64,000 nt of DNA from positions 25,170-89,169 of the forward strand of contig JAGVBZ010000014.1 in assembly GCA_020059465.1 (NCBI GenBank), in the 5' to 3' direction. This DNA is from Brevinematales bacterium (GTDB taxonomy: Bacteria; Spirochaetota; Brevinematia; Brevinematales; GWF1-51-8). The notes under the pieces were generated by a model. That model had not been told where the DNA came from, made no database searches, and saw only the letters and a program-made list of their open reading frames with translations. Made by a program: the position numbers and the translations under genes. Shown one piece after another: positions 61,759-64,000 of this stretch (positions within the stretch are counted from its first letter, which is position 1; every line of letters starts with the position of its first letter).

Positions 61759-63606
61759 ATGAGCGGTCCGGGTAAAAAAAGTTTCTTCTCACCGTTTAAA
61801 CTGCTGAAAAATTTTCTAAAAAAGCCCCTCACCGTGCGGGTCCCGTTCGAGGATATCGATACGCTCGGACGCATAGGCGCATCGCCGGAATACCGGGGGT
61901 TTCATTATAACGACCACGAACTCTGTATCGGGTGCGGGACATGCCAGGAAATCTGTACGACCGACGCTATCCGGATGGTCGAGGGCGCGAATATCGGTGA
62001 GGGTAAGCTCGGTAAGGTGCCGGAGATCGATTACGGGCGGTGCTGTTACTGCGGGTTCTGTGTGGATATGTGCACCACGGGGTCATTGTCGATGAGCCGT
62101 CATTATCTCGGTAATTACCCGACTCCGGTCGATAAGATCGGGAACGCCGAAGTGGACGATCTGAAGGAACATTTTATATGGACGCCGGAGATGCAGTATT
62201 CCGACGATCCGGGGCATATGGCGTCCGACGATCAGGTGTGGCTCGACCTCGAACGTATCCCGATGACGGAACTGTCCCCGGAAGAGCGTTGGGACAGCTT
62301 TATCGAAATAGTGCGGGGCTTCACGAAGGACGAGGCGCTGAGAGAGGCGTCGAGATGCGTCGAATGCGGTGTGTGTGTCGAGACCTGCCCGGCGAATATG
62401 CGTGTTCCGCAGTATATTCACGCGATATGGGACGGCGACCTCGAACAGTCGGTACGCGAGATGTACAGTGAAAACTCCCTGCCCGGTATCTGCGGGAGGG
62501 TATGTACGCATAAATGCGAGACAGTGTGTTCCATAGGGCACCGCGGCGAGCCGGTCGCGATACGATGGCTGAAGCGCTACGCGGTAGAGAGTCTACCGGT
62601 CGATAAGGTCGCGGAGATCGCGGGTGAGATGACGGCGAAGACCGCCGGGAAGAAGAACCGGGTCTCAATCATCGGGTCCGGCCCTGCGGGTTTGTCCGCC
62701 GCGTATTATCTCGCGGGGATGGGATATCAAATTACGGTGTACGATTCGAATAAAAAGACCGGCGGCGTGATGCGTTACGGTATACCGAAGTACCGCCTGC
62801 CGGACGAGCACCTTGACCGCGATGTCGAGGTTATCAAGCGCATGGGCGTCGAGTTCAAGATGGGCGTACGTGTCGGGAAGAAAATAAAATTCGCCGATAT
62901 CAAGGCGCAAAGCGACGCGGTTATGATCGCGACAGGGTATGATTTGCCCCGTTCGACCGGGATAACGGGTATCGACGGGAAAAACTGCTATCAGGCATTT
63001 GATCTCCTCAAGGCGATATCCGCCGGAGAGGATGTCCCTCTCGGTAAAAAGATACTCGTAATCGGCGGCGGAAACGTCGCGTTCGATATCGCCCGTTCGC
63101 TCGCGCGTATCCAGCGGAGTAAAACGAAAAAAGTCGGCCTGACGATGGTATGCCTCGAAAGCGGAAGGGAGATTCCCGCGGATGTCGAGGAGATCAGGGA
63201 AGCGATCGATGAAGGGGTTGTCCTGTATGACGGACGGATGCCGAAGGAAGTGGTGTTCGAACGCGGCAGCCTGAAAGGACTGCGTCATATCAAATGCGTC
63301 AGCGTATTTGACGAGCAGGGTCATTTCAACCCGGTCGGCGACGAGAGCGATTCGGAGGTGTTCAACACGGATATGATAGTCGAAGCGGTGGGGCAGAAGC
63401 CCGATTTCAGTTATCTGCCCGACGATGCGATAAAGAAGATAGAGATTATCAGAGGAAAGATACTGACCGACGAACAGGGAGGCACGGCGCTGCCATGGCT
63501 TTTCGCGGCGGGTGATATCGTGCACGGGCCGGATATTATCCATGCCGTCCGTGACGGGCATAACTCGGCGAAAGCGATAGACGCTTATCTTTCCAAGGGG
63601 AAGTAA
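61759..63606 (+). CDS. fusion of a NuoI/MbxN-like 2x[4Fe-4S] ferredoxin domain with a GltD/SudA-like NAD(P)H-dependent flavoprotein
   Basis: CIGCGTCQEIC and CCYCGFCVDMC. The GltD N-terminal cluster region follows (RCVECGVCVETCP...ICGRVCTHKCETVC). Then FAD (IIGSGPAGLSAAYYL) and NAD(P)H (VIGGGNVAFDIA) Rossmann motifs and AAGDIV. Confidence 0.85.
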   Translation: MSGPGKKSFFSPFKLLKNFLKKPLTVRVPFEDIDTLGRIGASPEYRGFHYNDHELCIGCGTCQEICTTDAIRMVEGANIGEGKLGKVPEIDYGRCCYCGFCVDMCTTGSLSMSRHYLGNYPTPVDKIGNAEVDDLKEHFIWTPEMQYSDDPGHMASDDQVWLDLERIPMTELSPEERWDSFIEIVRGFTKDEALREASRCVECGVCVETCPANMRVPQYIHAIWDGDLEQSVREMYSENSLPGICGRVCTHKCETVCSIGHRGEPVAIRWLKRYAVESLPVDKVAEIAGEMTAKTAGKKNRVSIIGSGPAGLSAAYYLAGMGYQITVYDSNKKTGGVMRYGIPKYRLPDEHLDRDVEVIKRMGVEFKMGVRVGKKIKFADIKAQSDAVMIATGYDLPRSTGITGIDGKNCYQAFDLLKAISAGEDVPLGKKILVIGGGNVAFDIARSLARIQRSKTKKVGLTMVCLESGREIPADVEEIREAIDEGVVLYDGRMPKEVVFERGSLKGLRHIKCVSVFDEQGHFNPVGDESDSEVFNTDMIVEAVGQKPDFSYLPDDAIKKIEIIRGKILTDEQGGTALPWLFAAGDIVHGPDIIHAVRDGHNSAKAIDAYLSKGK

Positions 63607-64000
63607 ATGGAAGGTTTGGACGCTCTGGTACTCGCGTTCCAGATGGAAGTGAACGGCGCGGATTTCTACCATCAGTTTGCGGAAAAGGTATCCGATCCGG
63701 AGATGAGCGCGATTCTCGATGAACTGGCGAAGATGGAGGAAGAACATATCACCTATATTTCCGGGAAAATCGCGGAGATCAGGGCGAAGTATAAGCAATT
63801 ACCGGGAATACCCGAACTGGGGATAGATTTATATCAGCGGCGATTGGATACGATGAAAATCGAGAAGCACCTGATCGAAGAGAATCTTGGGAAATACTTC
63901 ATACTCCGTATGGCATATTATCTGGAAAAAGATTTTTTTGATTTTTATACCAGAGCGGCCGATAAGCACGGCGGGGAAACGAAAGCTGTCTTCGAGCACC
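63607..64000 (+). CDS. rubrerythrin/ferritin-like domain protein (3' end outside window)
   Basis: ATG directly follows the TAA of the upstream gene. Manual translation gives MEGLDALVLAFQMEVNGADFYHQFAEKV...LAKMEEEHITYI...AYYLEKDFFDFYTRAA. It is absent from the track because it has no stop in the window. Confidence 0.7.
   Translation, partial: MEGLDALVLAFQMEVNGADFYHQFAEKVSDPEMSAILDELAKMEEEHITYISGKIAEIRAKYKQLPGIPELGIDLYQRRLDTMKIEKHLIEENLGKYFILRMAYYLEKDFFDFYTRAADKHGGETKAVFEH

Noticed and set aside
61189-61775. Two similar 83-84-aa ORFs (MPLRAKAKQPVDCFVTLFLAMTGDFPEC... and MLLRAKAKQ...)
   Set aside because: Their similarity only reflects translation of the tandem DNA repeat. There is no Shine-Dalgarno. 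The sequences (HPEPVEGC, FLAMTG) are the usual artefactual peptides produced by this kind of palindromic element.
62665-63798. 377-aa minus-strand ORF
   Set aside because: It is antisense to the GltD-like domain and the rubrerythrin-like gene. It has low-complexity Arg/Asp/Leu-rich composition typical of a shadow frame.

Overview
This is a 64-kb bacterial chromosomal window. I recognised no rRNA, tRNA, CRISPR array, transposase or integrase. Most of it is housekeeping: rsmG, rfbB, feoAB, guaA, rpsO, pnp, mfd, tdk, argD, nadD, dapA and ygiQ. Accessory blocks are interleaved with these genes.

The most interesting block is a 13-gene plus-strand operon at 52.0-63.6 kb. It joins Mrp-antiporter-type subunits to NuoH/B/C/D/I-like subunits in the gene order of the archaeal Mbx/Mbs complex.
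- The NuoD/[NiFe]-large-subunit homologue keeps only the first Cys of each CxxC pair.
- The NuoI-like ferredoxin subunit is fused to a GltD/SudA-like NAD(P)H flavoprotein.
- A roughly 550-bp array of hairpin-forming repeats sits inside the operon.
- The operon is preceded by a cluster of three genes carrying five TlpA-type thioredoxin domains and followed by a rubrerythrin-like gene.

Other notable items:
- A three-gene operon whose products share an M-[D/G]-D-F-x-I-x-K N-terminus.
- A single-repeat UPF0016 transporter fused to a di-iron ferritin-like domain.
- A 98-bp tandem duplication of the mfd 3' end followed by decayed copies.
- A FeoA with a His-rich insertion.
- A signalling island with markedly lower GC.
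- Several disrupted or non-canonical genes: a TAG in a cupin, a TGA in a GxxExxY gene, a frameshifted lipoprotein, and a glycosyltransferase that seems to need an ATC start.

Several intergenic regions carry clear TTGACA-17-TATAAT type promoters. All calls come from reading the ORF translations and the DNA by eye; no searches were run.
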